Source: Myxococcota bacterium (GTDB lineage Bacteria > Myxococcota_A > UBA9160 > SMWR01). Taken from it: a stretch of DNA of 57,131 bases. This document shows, piece after piece, positions 21,354 to 30,163 of the stretch. The stretch lies in the NCBI GenBank assembly GCA_036447375.1, contig JAZFUU010000056.1, positions 1 through 57,131 of the forward strand. Reading direction: 5' to 3'. Position 1 is the stretch's first letter. Each line of letters starts with the position of its first letter. The notes under the pieces were generated by a model. That model had not been told where the DNA came from, did not search any database, and saw only the letters and a list, made by a program, of their open reading frames with translations. Made by a program: the position numbers and the translations under genes.

Positions 21354-21775
21354 CGCTCCCGCTTCCCGTTCACTTCGATCCGGATCCCGGTTTCGGAGCG
21401 ATCGTCCTTCTTTCCGAGTCGAATCTCCGCCTTTACCTCCACGGTGCGTCCCTCGAGCAGTGTGCTGAGCAGGGCAGCCGGGTCGATGTTCTCGAGATTC
21501 CGGGCGACCTCGTGGCTAAGGCGTTCGATGAATTCGGCCCGCGTGCGTTCGCTCTGTTCCACTGCGAAGTCGATCCAGTCCTTGGGAAGGGTATCGCCGA
21601 GCGCCTTTCGAATCGCCGCTTCGGTCAGGAAGAAACCCGAGAACCCGATGCCAGCCGCCCGGCGCAGCAGCTCGGGAAGCGCGGGAAGGGCTGCCTTCCC
21701 CTCGTCTTCTCCGCTCGGGTCCGATGCGATCGACGGCGTGGGCGGAGTCGTTTCTTTCCCTTGCTTACGCGCCAT
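21350..21775 (-). CDS. hypothetical helical protein (phasin-like pattern)
   Basis: ELLRRAAGIGFSGFFLTE... amphipathic helix; in operon with ABC1 kinase. Confidence 0.7.
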   Translation of the reverse strand: MARKQGKETTPPTPSIASDPSGEDEGKAALPALPELLRRAAGIGFSGFFLTEAAIRKALGDTLPKDWIDFAVEQSERTRAEFIERLSHEVARNLENIDPAALLSTLLEGRTVEVKAEIRLGKKDDRSETGIRIEVNGKRER

Positions 21776-21792
21776 GGAGTAGACTGCCTTTC

Positions 21793-22203
21793 ATGGGATG
21801 CACCCGCGTTCGCGATATCATGCAGGAGAAGGTCGTCACGATCAGCGACGGTGACACGCTGTCGACGGTCGAGGATATCATGACGCTGGGTCACGTGCGC
21901 CACATGCCCGTGGTACACGCCGGAAAGCTCGTGGGCGTGGTATCCGAACGAGACCTGTTGCGGGCGTCGCTCTCCAATCTGACGGAATTCGGCAGCGAAC
22001 AGCGGCGCGCGTTTCTGACGGTCGTCGAGATCGCGCGGGTCATGTCAACGCCGCCCATCGTGATCGAGGCCGACGCGGGTGTGCAGGAGGCTGCGCGGGT
22101 CATGGCGGAGAACAAGATCGGCTGTCTGCCTGTCGTCGAGGGAGGTACGCTCGTGGGCATGCTCACAGAAACGGACCTTCTGACGTCCTTCGCAGGCCTG
22201 TGA
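21793..22203 (+). CDS. CBS-pair domain protein
   Basis: VRDIM, RHMPVV, LVGVVSERDL, IGCLPVV, GMLTETD. Confidence 0.9.
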   Translation: MGCTRVRDIMQEKVVTISDGDTLSTVEDIMTLGHVRHMPVVHAGKLVGVVSERDLLRASLSNLTEFGSEQRRAFLTVVEIARVMSTPPIVIEADAGVQEAARVMAENKIGCLPVVEGGTLVGMLTETDLLTSFAGL

Positions 22204-22234
22204 CCCGCCCGCGACTGACCAGCCCCGGCTAAGA

Positions 22235-23599
22235 CTAGACCTCGACGCGCTTCCAGCGTCCGTTGGCGAAACGCCACGCCAGCATCGCGGCCTTGACCGC
22301 ATAGTCGGCGATCAGGCAGCACCAGACCGCGGTGACGGTTCCGAAGATCGGACCGGCGATGAAGATGGCGGCACCCAGGCGAAACACGAAGAGTCCCGTC
22401 AAGATTGCGACCAGCGGGAATCGCGTGTCGCCGGCGCCGCGCAGCGCCCCTCCCAGAGCGAATTCCACGGCCATCAGGGGCTGAGCGGCGCCCAGGATAT
22501 AGATAAACGTGACGGCGAGATTCGTGGTCGTTTCTCCGGCGGAGCCAAACCAACCCGCCAGACTCGGGGCGAGGGCGATGATCAGGAGTCCGACCGCTCC
22601 CATCACCAGCACGGCTCCAACGCTTGCGCGCCAACCCGAGTGAGCGGCCCGATCGGGCCGACCGGCACCGAGATTCTGACCGACCAGGATAGACGCCGCC
22701 GTGGAGAAGCCGAGGCCGGGAACGAAACAGAAGGAGAGAATGCGAACGCCGATCATGTAGGCGGAGACCGGCTCGGTGCCGAAGTTTGCCACGATTCCGA
22801 GGAAGAGCAGTAGGCCGATGTGCCACGCGGCCTGCTCAAGGGCGGTGGGAATTCCGATACGCAGAATCCGGCGACAGCGGGTGCGTGTGAGGGTGGCGAG
22901 CCAGGGTCCCCGAGGAATCACGAGGTGATTCCGGAGCCAGAGCCAACTCAGGAGTAGCATGCCCGACGTGAACGCGATGCCCGACGCCAAGGCAGACCCC
23001 TGCGGTCCCATGACCGGTGCTCCGAACTTTCCAAAGATCAACACGTAGTCTGCGACGATGTTGATCGCGTTGACCGCGATGCCGACGGCGAGGGGCGTTC
23101 GGACGTCGCCGGCGCCGCGAAGCGCCATCGAGATGGTCACGCCGACAGCGAAGGGAACGTTGAAAGCGAACAGGATTCGCAGGCACTCGCCGCCCAGGGT
23201 CGCCACCGCCGGTTCGACTCCCAGCAGCCCGACCAGACTCCGGGCCGCGGGGATGGCCAGCATGGCGACCGCGGCGATGGCGACGGCCAGCAAGACCGAG
23301 GCGTGAGTTACGGCTCCTACCTCGTTCCAATTTCCGGCGCCGGATGCGCGAGCGACCAGGGCGACGGTGCCCATGGTGACCGCCGCCATCAATCCGAACA
23401 GGAAAAAGTGAAGCTGGCTGGCGACGCCGACGGAGGCCACCGCCTGGGTGCCGAGCGATCCGACGAACACGAGATCGACGATTCCGACCAGGGCATGCAG
23501 GGCGAAAAGCGCCATGGAGGGCCAGGCGAGTTCCCAGACGCTCTGGGTCCCGGGTGCGTCCATCGGGTCGGTCCGACCCGGAGTTCTCGGGGGGCTCAT
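22235..23599 (-). CDS. MATE family efflux transporter
   Basis: LAWP, LRGAGD twice, GQNLGAG; about 12 TMs. Confidence 0.92.
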   Translation of the reverse strand: MSPPRTPGRTDPMDAPGTQSVWELAWPSMALFALHALVGIVDLVFVGSLGTQAVASVGVASQLHFFLFGLMAAVTMGTVALVARASGAGNWNEVGAVTHASVLLAVAIAAVAMLAIPAARSLVGLLGVEPAVATLGGECLRILFAFNVPFAVGVTISMALRGAGDVRTPLAVGIAVNAINIVADYVLIFGKFGAPVMGPQGSALASGIAFTSGMLLLSWLWLRNHLVIPRGPWLATLTRTRCRRILRIGIPTALEQAAWHIGLLLFLGIVANFGTEPVSAYMIGVRILSFCFVPGLGFSTAASILVGQNLGAGRPDRAAHSGWRASVGAVLVMGAVGLLIIALAPSLAGWFGSAGETTTNLAVTFIYILGAAQPLMAVEFALGGALRGAGDTRFPLVAILTGLFVFRLGAAIFIAGPIFGTVTAVWCCLIADYAVKAAMLAWRFANGRWKRVEV

Positions 23600-23634
23600 G
23601 GCCCCCGTTTCCTAACACCCTGGGGGTCGCGCCG

Positions 23635-24101
23635 CTATGACCCCGAACACACCGTCAGGAGTTCGCGGAAGCGTCTGGGGAGAGTGTCGAGGTCGAGGGG
23701 CCGTGGCGCTCCCGCGGCGACGTCCACTCCGTTGTAGGTGTTCCAGAACAGGACGGGGTTCGACGGCAGCTCGCCGCGGCGGGACCGCTCGAGCACGGCC
23801 GCCAGGGTCGTTCCCCCCGCGCCGTGGAGGCGGCCAGAATCCGCACGACCTGGGCTACCGGGCCGGGAACGTTGGCGCCGTAGACGAGATCGGCTCCGAT
23901 CACGAACTCGAGCTTGCGGGGCTTGTTTCCGCCGTAGAGAGGACACCAGCGATCGTCGCGCTTGACGTAGAGAGCGTCTCCGGGCATTCCCGGGACGGGC
24001 AGGGGCTCCACCGGTGTGGGCACCGACACTACAGAGTGGCGAAGGAATCGGCTTCGCAGACTCGGGTATGCGCGAAACAGAGCTAGCTCCGCCGCCGCCA
24101 T
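23635..24101 (-). pseudogene. D-cysteine desulfhydrase/ACC deaminase-family PLP enzyme, internally deleted and frameshifted
   Basis: N-terminus PTPVE..LYVKRDD...YGGNKPRKLEF; C-terminus TLAAV...VLFWNT in another frame; only ~155 codons in total. Confidence 0.8.
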
Positions 24102-24151
24102 GCTCCCTCATGGCACGCGCCGCTCTCGCTCGCAACCGCCGATCCGCTCGA

Positions 24152-24181
24152 TTGACAATTCCCGCGGGGATCCCGTATCGT
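24152..24181 (+). promoter_or_regulatory. putative sigma70 promoter of the aldehyde dehydrogenase gene
   Basis: TTGACA-N18-TATCGT. Confidence 0.45.
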
Positions 24182-24251
24182 GCGACGCTGTATTCGAGTC
24201 GTCGTGGGTTGCGCGGCGGGAGCTCCGATGGGGGGCCTGTCAGGGGTCGGA

Positions 24252-25784
24252 ATGGGTGTCATCGAGCAGCTGGAAAACGCGCCGGATGGACACCGGCGCC
24301 TCCGTCTTTCCAATCCCGCCAACTTCGATCCCGTCGGGGAATACGAGGTCCAGAACGCCGACGACGTGAATGCGGCGATCGAACGCGCGCGAAAGGCCCA
24401 GCAAGACTGGGGGGCACTGAGCTTCGATGCCCGGGGCCGAATTTTCCAGCGAGCGGCCCGGCTTCTCTGCGACATGGAAGAGGAGTTCGTCGAGGTCATC
24501 GTCTCCGAGACAGGGAAGCCCCGGATCGAGGCGTTGGCGACGGAGATCCTGACCGCGTGTGACGCACTCCAGTTCTACGCCAAGCGCGCGAAGGGCATCC
24601 TCGCCGACCGGGCGATTCCGGTTCATCTGTTGAAGACGAAAAAGCTCCGGATTTCCTATCGACCGCTTGGGGTGGTCGGCATCATCACACCCTGGAACTT
24701 CCCCTTTCTGCTGTCGCTCAATCCGACAGTACAGGCCCTGATGGCGGGCAACGCCGTGGTGCTCAAGCCCTCGGAGGTGACCCCCTTCTCCGGCCGGCTG
24801 GTGGAAAAGCTTCTCTCCGAAGCCGGGCTGCCCGAGGGCGTCTTCAACCTGCTTCTCGGCGACGGCGAGACCGGGGCGGCTCTCGCCGATGGTGAGGTCG
24901 ACAAAATCTCATTCACCGGAAGTGTACGCACCGGGCGCAAGGTGGCCGAGGCGTGCGCGAGGAGGCTCATCCCCTGCACGCTCGAACTCGGGGGCAAGGA
25001 TCCGATGATCGTGTGCGCCGATGCCGATCTGGGACGAGCGGCTCGGGGGGCGGTCTTCGGTGCCTTCAGCAACTCGGGGCAGGTGTGCACCTCGATCGAG
25101 CGAGTGTACGTGGTCGAGGCTGTCGCCGACGAGTTCACGGCGAAGGTCGTCGAGGAGACGGCGGAGCTGCGCCAGGGAGTGACCGGGGAGTTCGAGGTCG
25201 GATCGATCATCTGGCCCCAACAGCTCGAGGTGATCGAGTCCCATGTGCGCGAGGCGGTGGAAAAGGGAGCCCGGGTCCTGGCCGGCGGTCAGAGGAATCC
25301 CCACTACGAGGGCTGTTTCTACGAGCCAACGGTTCTCATCGACGTCGATCACGGGATGCAGGTCATGCGCGAGGAGACGTTCGGCCCCGTGCTTCCCATC
25401 ATGCGGGTGAGGGACGAGGACGAGGCGGTGCGTCTGGCGAACGACTCGCGTTACGGCTTGAACGCGAGCGTCTGGACGCGAAACAAACGCCGCGGCGTCG
25501 AGTTGGCCCGGGCGATCCGGTCCGGATCCGCAGTCGTCAACGACTGCATGATCACGTACGGCGTAACCGAGTCGCCATTCGGGGGCGTGAAGGACAGCGG
25601 AATCGGACAGGTCAATGGGGAAATCGGGCTTCGGAGTTATTGCCACGCCCAGTCGATTGTGATCGATCGTTTCGGCGGGAAATCAGAAATTCTCTGGTAC
25701 CCGTATACTGCTCGAAAGAGACAGATGATCAAGCGTATGATGAATCTCGTCTGGGGAACCTGGCTCGGGCGCTGGCTTTCCTAG
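24252..25784 (+). CDS. aldehyde dehydrogenase family protein
   Basis: PWNFP, KPSE, FTGS, LELGGKDP, GQVCTS, EETFGP. Confidence 0.95.
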   Translation: MGVIEQLENAPDGHRRLRLSNPANFDPVGEYEVQNADDVNAAIERARKAQQDWGALSFDARGRIFQRAARLLCDMEEEFVEVIVSETGKPRIEALATEILTACDALQFYAKRAKGILADRAIPVHLLKTKKLRISYRPLGVVGIITPWNFPFLLSLNPTVQALMAGNAVVLKPSEVTPFSGRLVEKLLSEAGLPEGVFNLLLGDGETGAALADGEVDKISFTGSVRTGRKVAEACARRLIPCTLELGGKDPMIVCADADLGRAARGAVFGAFSNSGQVCTSIERVYVVEAVADEFTAKVVEETAELRQGVTGEFEVGSIIWPQQLEVIESHVREAVEKGARVLAGGQRNPHYEGCFYEPTVLIDVDHGMQVMREETFGPVLPIMRVRDEDEAVRLANDSRYGLNASVWTRNKRRGVELARAIRSGSAVVNDCMITYGVTESPFGGVKDSGIGQVNGEIGLRSYCHAQSIVIDRFGGKSEILWYPYTARKRQMIKRMMNLVWGTWLGRWLS

Positions 25785-25820
25785 CAGGAGGCGGTGCGCG
25801 ACGGGAGCGCGGAGAACGGA

Positions 25821-26642
25821 ATGATCTCGACGATATTGCTAGCGACAGATGGATCTGAGGCGGCTGCTGTCGCCGAACGCTTCGGTGTGAGTCTGGCGGC
25901 TCGGCTGAAAGCCCGGTTGCTGGGCCTTTCCGTCGCCGAGGATCGTTATGCCCGGGGAGTCCAGGAGGACGGGCTGGGCGTTGCACCTCCGACCCAGGAG
26001 CCTCTCGCGGGTTATCTCAAGAATCGCGCGGAAGCGGCGTGTCGGCGTGTGAGTGAACTCGCTCGCTCCGAGGGGCTGGATGCGTCGTGTGAGTCGTCTC
26101 AGGGGATTGCCGACGACCGAATCGTCGCCCGGGGCCAGCAGGCAGATCTGATCGTGCTCGGACGGGATGGGCAACACGCAAACTTCCGCACCGGCCTGAT
26201 CGGTTCCACCGTCGACGGCGTGATGCGGAAAACCGCCAAGTCGGCGCTGGTTGTGCCCGGAGGCGGTCACTTGTCCGGGCCGCTGGTATTGGCCTTCGAC
26301 GGTTCGCCGGGGTCGCGCATCGCCGCGAAGCTGGCGGTCCAGCTCGCCACCCGACTCGGTGAGCCGATTCATGTGTTCGTCGACTCGAAGGACAAGGGAC
26401 GCGCCGTGGCGCGCTTCGACGAGGTCCGGGGCGTCGTGGGGTCGTTGCCCGTGCCGGTCCGCGAGATTTCGTCGACCCTCGGTCGTCCCGACGTAAAGCT
26501 CATCGACTCCGCCCGGGAGATCCGCGCCGGACTGATCGTGATGGGGGCCTACGGCCGCAACCGCATTACGGAGTATTTCCTCGGCAGCAATTCCGCGGCG
26601 GTGGTGCGGACGTCTCCGATCGCCGTTCTCGTCGCACGCTAA
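25821..26642 (+). CDS. two-domain universal stress protein
   Basis: ILLATDGS, LAFDGS, VMGAYG...LGS. Confidence 0.9.
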   Translation: MISTILLATDGSEAAAVAERFGVSLAARLKARLLGLSVAEDRYARGVQEDGLGVAPPTQEPLAGYLKNRAEAACRRVSELARSEGLDASCESSQGIADDRIVARGQQADLIVLGRDGQHANFRTGLIGSTVDGVMRKTAKSALVVPGGGHLSGPLVLAFDGSPGSRIAAKLAVQLATRLGEPIHVFVDSKDKGRAVARFDEVRGVVGSLPVPVREISSTLGRPDVKLIDSAREIRAGLIVMGAYGRNRITEYFLGSNSAAVVRTSPIAVLVAR

Positions 26643-26676
26643 ACGCGGTGGCCGGGCCGCTCCCCGACGAGCACTG

Positions 26677-27471
26677 ATGGACCTTTCCCGGGTGCCGCTA
26701 GCGGAGCTGCGCGCCCGCTGCGGAGCTGCCAAAAGCGACCGCGATGTGCGCCGACTGATCGCGGCCCTGCGCAGCGACCGACGCCGAGGTGCGCGGGCGC
26801 TGGCGATTCTTCTGGAAGGGCGCTTGCGCCGGCAGCGAATCGAGGCACGTCGCATGGCGCGACTCTTTGCTCGGCGTCGGCGATTGTTTGCCGCCGGAGC
26901 ACGTTGGGTGGCCGGAGTCGACGAAGTCGGCGTGGGTCCGCTCGCGGGGCCGGTGGTGGCGGCCGCTGTGGTATTGCCCGAGTGCATCGATTTGCCCGGT
27001 CTCGACGATTCGAAACGTCTCTCGTCCGCGGTCCGCGAGCGACTGGCGGCGGAGATTCGCCGGCAGGCCGTGGCGGTGGCCATCGGCGAGGTCTCCCGGG
27101 CCGAGATCGATCGCCTCAACATTCTGCGCGCCAGCCTCGAGGCCATGCGCCGTGCGGTCCTGGATCTTCCGGTGGTACCGGATCATGTTCTGGTCGATGC
27201 GCGCACGATCCCGGGCCTGCGGATGCGCCAGACAGGTCTGGTCGGAGGCGACGCCATCGACGGATCGATCGCCGCGGCGTCGATCGTGGCGAAGGTCCAC
27301 CGCGATGCCATCATGCGGCGGTTGCACCGACGCTATCCGGACTACGGGTTCGGTCACCACATGGGCTATCCGACTCGTGAGCACCTGGCGGCCCTGCGTC
27401 GCTTCGGAGCCACCCCGGCGCACCGGCGTTCATTTGGTCCCGTCGCACAGACCATCGGAAACGGACGTTGA
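26677..27471 (+). CDS. rnhB: ribonuclease HII
   Basis: GVDE.G.GPLAGPV, DSK, LVDA, SIAAASIVAKV.RD, GYPT, HRRSF. Confidence 0.94.
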   Translation: MDLSRVPLAELRARCGAAKSDRDVRRLIAALRSDRRRGARALAILLEGRLRRQRIEARRMARLFARRRRLFAAGARWVAGVDEVGVGPLAGPVVAAAVVLPECIDLPGLDDSKRLSSAVRERLAAEIRRQAVAVAIGEVSRAEIDRLNILRASLEAMRRAVLDLPVVPDHVLVDARTIPGLRMRQTGLVGGDAIDGSIAAASIVAKVHRDAIMRRLHRRYPDYGFGHHMGYPTREHLAALRRFGATPAHRRSFGPVAQTIGNGR

Positions 27472-28472
27472 ACGTGCCCCGCATCGCCGGGCCCGAGGAT
27501 TTTCGGGTCGATGAAGTTCTGCCCTATGCACCGACTGGCGAGGGCGCGCATACCTTCGTCCGGGTCGAAAAACGGCTCCGCACAACGGAAGACGTGGCGC
27601 GAGCGCTTGCCCGCGCGGAGGGTGTCGCGGCTCGCGACGTCGGGTATGCCGGGCGAAAAGACCGCGTCGCGGTGGCCACCCAGTGGTTCTCGGTGCCGGA
27701 CCTCGCGCCGGATCGCGCCCTCGGCCTGTCGCTCCCCGGAGTGCGGGTGCTCGAGGCCGTGCGCCATCCGCACAAGCTGCGGACGGGGCACGTGCGCGAG
27801 AACCGCTTCCGCATCGTTCTTCGGGACGTCGATCGAAAGGTCGCGGAACAGGTGGAAGTGCGCCTGGAGCGCGCGGCGCAAATCGGACTGCCCAACCGCT
27901 TCGGAAGCCAGCGGTTCGGTCGCGATGGCCAGAACGTCGAGCGTGGTCGGGCGCTGTTGGCCGGGAAAGGGGGCGGGGGCGATCGACGCCGCGCCCGCTT
28001 CCTGATCTCCGCCCTCCAAGCCGCCGTGTTCAACGATGTGCTCGCGGCCCGATCGCCGGATTGGAGTCGGGTGGAAAGTGGTGACGTTGCCGTCGTTCAC
28101 GCCTCGGGCGGGTTGTTTCGGGTCGATGATGTCGAGGCCGAGACGCCGCGGGCACTGGCGTTCGAGATCAGCCCCACCGGGCCCATCTTCGGGACCCGCG
28201 TGATCGAGCCCGGGGACGACGCGGCCCGGCGTGAGAGGGCGATTCTCAGCAGCTATGGGATCGACCTCGGCAGTTTGCGGGTGCCGGGCATTCGACTTCG
28301 TGGCGCGAGGCGCTCGCTGCGCGTTCGACCCAGCGCTGTGAGCACGCGCGGCTTCGAGACCGGCATCGAGTTGCGGTTTTCGCTGCCGCCCGGATGCTAC
28401 GCGACGGTGTTACTCGAGGAGCTGTTTCTCCCCGATTCAGATGACAACCGTCGGCGCGCCCGGGTATGCTAA
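27468..28472 (+). CDS. truD: tRNA pseudouridine(13) synthase TruD
   Basis: [39 protein letters not shown]. Confidence 0.92.
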   Translation: MNVPRIAGPEDFRVDEVLPYAPTGEGAHTFVRVEKRLRTTEDVARALARAEGVAARDVGYAGRKDRVAVATQWFSVPDLAPDRALGLSLPGVRVLEAVRHPHKLRTGHVRENRFRIVLRDVDRKVAEQVEVRLERAAQIGLPNRFGSQRFGRDGQNVERGRALLAGKGGGGDRRRARFLISALQAAVFNDVLAARSPDWSRVESGDVAVVHASGGLFRVDDVEAETPRALAFEISPTGPIFGTRVIEPGDDAARRERAILSSYGIDLGSLRVPGIRLRGARRSLRVRPSAVSTRGFETGIELRFSLPPGCYATVLLEELFLPDSDDNRRRARVC

Positions 28473-28489
28473 CGGGCCACGGAGGTACC

Positions 28490-29446
28490 ATGAACATCGC
28501 CAACGACGTCACCGCATTGATCGGTCGCACTCCGCTCGTCCGACTCAACCGAGTCACGGCCGGTGTCAAACCTCAGATCGTGGGAAAACTCGAGAGCCAC
28601 AATCCGGCCAACAGCGTGAAGGATCGAATCGGCCTCGCCATGATCGAGAGCGCCGAGCGGGAGGGCCTGATCACTGCCGGCAAGACCATCATCGTCGAGC
28701 CGACCAGCGGCAACACCGGAATCGCACTGGCCTTCGTGGCTGCGGTCAAGGGCTACCAGTGCATATTGACCATGCCCGAGTCGATGAGCCCGGAACGCCG
28801 CGCGGTTCTTCGCGCGTTCGGCGCCAAGCTCGTCCTCACGGATTCCGCCAAGGGAATGCCCGGCGCGATCGATCGCGCCTACCAGATTGTCGACCAGCTC
28901 CCCAATGCGTTCATTCCCCAACAGTTTCGAAATCCCGCCAATCCCGAAGTGCATCGAACGACGACCGCCGAGGAGATCTGGACCGATACCGACGGTCAGG
29001 TGGATGCAGTGATCTCCGGCGTGGGCACCGGCGGTACCGTGACCGGCATCGCCCAGGCGCTCAAGGAACGCAAGCCCTCATTCCGGGCGATTGCGGTGGA
29101 GCCCGAAGACAGTCCGGTGCTCTCCGGCGGTCAGCCTGGCAAGCACCCGATCCAGGGCATCGGAGCGGGCTTCGTTCCCGACATACTGGACCAGGATCTG
29201 CTCGACGGGATCATCAAGGTGAGCAGTGACGAATCTCTCGAAATGGCCCGGCGCCTGGCGAAAGAAGAAGGCCTGCTGTGCGGGATCTCCTCGGGCGCCG
29301 CGGTGAGCGCCGCCCTCCAATACGCCCGCGGAGACGGAAGCGATCTGGGTCTGATCGTCGTCATCATTCCCAGTTTTGGCGAGCGCTATATCCAGACCAA
29401 GCTCTTCGACCCCTACCGCTACGAAGGCAGCGACGAGATCGGCTGA
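28490..29446 (+). CDS. cysK: cysteine synthase A
   Basis: [34 protein letters not shown]; GGAGG RBS. Confidence 0.96.
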   Translation: MNIANDVTALIGRTPLVRLNRVTAGVKPQIVGKLESHNPANSVKDRIGLAMIESAEREGLITAGKTIIVEPTSGNTGIALAFVAAVKGYQCILTMPESMSPERRAVLRAFGAKLVLTDSAKGMPGAIDRAYQIVDQLPNAFIPQQFRNPANPEVHRTTTAEEIWTDTDGQVDAVISGVGTGGTVTGIAQALKERKPSFRAIAVEPEDSPVLSGGQPGKHPIQGIGAGFVPDILDQDLLDGIIKVSSDESLEMARRLAKEEGLLCGISSGAAVSAALQYARGDGSDLGLIVVIIPSFGERYIQTKLFDPYRYEGSDEIG

Positions 29447-29533
29447 TCCAAAGCCGTATCGAAGTCGAAACGCCGGGGTTCGAAGAACCCCCAGAAATGG
29501 CGTACAGTCGGGCCGGTCGCTAGGGGAGGGGCA

Positions 29534-29773
29534 GTGGGCGACAACCTGGAAACACGGATTCGATTGATCGTCGCCGATCAACTGGGCGTCGAGCTGCGCG
29601 AAGTCACCTCCGACGCGAACATTGTCGAAGATTTGAGTGCCGATTCGCTGGACGTCGTCGAGCTCGTGATGGCCATCGAGGAAGCCTTCGATATCGAAGT
29701 TTCCGATGAGGACGTGGAGCGCATGCGCACGATCAGCGACATGGAGCGCTACGTCAACGAGCACACCGCGTAA
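29534..29773 (+). CDS. acpP: acyl carrier protein
   Basis: DL.ADSLDVVELVMAIEEAFDIE; GGAGG RBS. Confidence 0.9.
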   Translation: MGDNLETRIRLIVADQLGVELREVTSDANIVEDLSADSLDVVELVMAIEEAFDIEVSDEDVERMRTISDMERYVNEHTA

Positions 29774-29789
29774 CTCACCGGTCGGGGAA

Positions 29790-30092
29790 TCAACGAGCCG
29801 GGCGCGTTCCGGGCAGAATGCCGGCCCGGATTCCCAACGCTACCGTGGCGATCGACGCGACCGCCGCCATCCACAACCGCGACTGGAGCGCCTCCTTTGC
29901 CGCCTGCTTGGCGATCTCTTGCTGCTCGGGACCCGGCGGGACGGTATTGGCCACTTCGATCAGCGCCGGCGCGGCCAGCATGAGTGCGTAGAGCATGAAG
30001 AAAGCGGCGAGGTAGAAGATTCCGATCGTGAATCGCGGCTGAAATGCCGGCCGGGGCGATCGAGTGGGTCTCTGGGGGGGGGTCGCCGACAT
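29790..30092 (-). CDS. small two-TM membrane protein
   Basis: Two hydrophobic segments; fills the gap between acp and polA. Confidence 0.6.
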   Translation of the reverse strand: MSATPPQRPTRSPRPAFQPRFTIGIFYLAAFFMLYALMLAAPALIEVANTVPPGPEQQEIAKQAAKEALQSRLWMAAVASIATVALGIRAGILPGTRPAR

Positions 30093-30163
30093 CGCGGGGA
30101 CAAGCTACGCAGGTGGCCAGACGGGGTCAACCGGTCCAGAACGGGTTACCCTCGGCCGCCGAC

